Assembly (NCBI GenBank): GCA_022448985.1
Contig: JAKVCR010000001.1
Coordinates: 4,217 to 68,216, forward strand
Direction: 5' to 3'
DNA: 64,000 nucleotides
Origin: Roseibacillus sp.
GTDB lineage: Bacteria; Verrucomicrobiota; Verrucomicrobiia; Verrucomicrobiales; Akkermansiaceae
Shown piece by piece: positions 63,231 through 64,000 of this stretch. Position 1 is the first letter of the stretch, and the number at the start of each line of letters is the position of its first letter. The notes beneath the pieces were generated by a model. It was not told where the DNA came from and ran no database searches. It worked only from the letters and a program-made list of their open reading frames with translations. A program made the translations under genes and the position numbers.

Positions 63231-64000
63231 ATGAAACATTACCCTGTGAGAAAGAACAAGTCGGCTACGTGGTGCGCGGTCGCATTTTGCCTGACGGTCG
63301 CGAGCGCTTTCGCCCAGTCGGTCATCAGCTTGAACTTCGACGGCCAGGATGGCACCGGCACTCCTGGTGCGGTCACCGGGGTGGCGGGTTCGGTCCCGGC
63401 CGGTAACTGGAACAATACCGGAACCGGAAACGGCGGCAATGTCGGGAATGGGGTTGCCCTTGTCGACGACAGCGGTGCCGCCACCGGTGCGACGGTGAAC
63501 TGGTCGGTGGCCAACCACTGGACCACGAATGGTGGAGACAGCAACGGGGGCGATGCCCAGATGATGCAGGGCTACCTCGATAATTTCCACGACCAGCCCC
63601 CGATCGAGGTGAACGGGATACCGGCTTCCTTCCAGGGCAGCGGCTACGAACTGCGGATTTATCACAACACCGACAGCGCGGGGACGATGGGCTTCACCGT
63701 CGATGATGGCAGTGGTCCGGTGACCTACTACAGTCACCAGACCGGGGGCAATGGCTCGAACTATCCCCTCGCGGGCGCTGATGAGTTCGGGGGTGCGGTC
63801 GGCTACATAGGCAGCCAGGACACTAATGCGGGCACCACGACGCCCTCGAATTACACCCTCTTCACGGGATTGACCGGTTCGTCACTGACGATCACCGGTG
63901 TCCGGGGTGCTGCGGGTGACACCCGTTCGCGTCCCAACGGGTTCCAGATCGTGGCGACCGGTGCTGTCACGGACGAGGATGGGGATGGCCTGGCCGACAA
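63231..64000 (+). CDS. third paralogue of the shared N-terminal module, continuing into a DxDxDG segment (3' end outside window)
   Basis: ATG 63231 and open to the window edge, so it is not in the ORF track. Translation is MKHYPVRKNKSATWCAVAFCLTVASAFAQSVISLNFDGQDGTGTPGAVTGVAGSVPAGNWNN...GDTRSRPNGFQIVATGAVTDEDGDGLAD. It looks roughly 80% identical to the 58236 protein by eye. Confidence 0.8.
   Translation, partial: MKHYPVRKNKSATWCAVAFCLTVASAFAQSVISLNFDGQDGTGTPGAVTGVAGSVPAGNWNNTGTGNGGNVGNGVALVDDSGAATGATVNWSVANHWTTNGGDSNGGDAQMMQGYLDNFHDQPPIEVNGIPASFQGSGYELRIYHNTDSAGTMGFTVDDGSGPVTYYSHQTGGNGSNYPLAGADEFGGAVGYIGSQDTNAGTTTPSNYTLFTGLTGSSLTITGVRGAAGDTRSRPNGFQIVATGAVTDEDGDGLAD

Overview
This is a GC-rich chromosomal window with dense coding, almost certainly from a PVC-superphylum bacterium (Verrucomicrobiota-like). 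The markers for that are a PEP-CTERM protein, a DUF1549/DUF1553 + DUF1501 gene pair, several prepilin-type N-terminal methylation-motif proteins, a YARHG protein, and a giant lamin-tail/CotH protein. Layout: (i) 0-28 kb is mostly housekeeping: nadA, bactofilin, lpxB, tRNA-Ala, rsfS, cinA, a long minus-strand run folA-thyA-arfB-panB-folK-dapB-dapA-dapF-trpA, a DAHP synthase, tlyA, and an isolated nuoB-nuoC pair. (ii) 28.7-37.2 kb is envelope and accessory: a His/Tyr-rich lipoprotein, three coupled pseudopilin-like genes, a GntP permease, and the DUF1501/DUF1553 pair. (iii) 37.5-42.1 kb holds comM/yifB, whose last ~165 bp is repeated 2.9 kb downstream, bracketing a three-gene cell-envelope cassette with no recombinase. 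(iv) 42.9-64 kb is a block dominated by very large secreted proteins: a 1461-aa metzincin, an 1888-aa CotH/lamin-tail protein, a PEP-CTERM protein, a 1248-aa double CRTAC1-like protein and a third paralogue cut by the window edge. Three of these share an unnamed ~210-aa N-terminal module, and two share a C-terminal module. I saw no rRNA, CRISPR array, transposase, integrase or recognisable defence genes. All functional calls come from reading motifs in the translations. No database search was run, so family names are recognitions, not hits.
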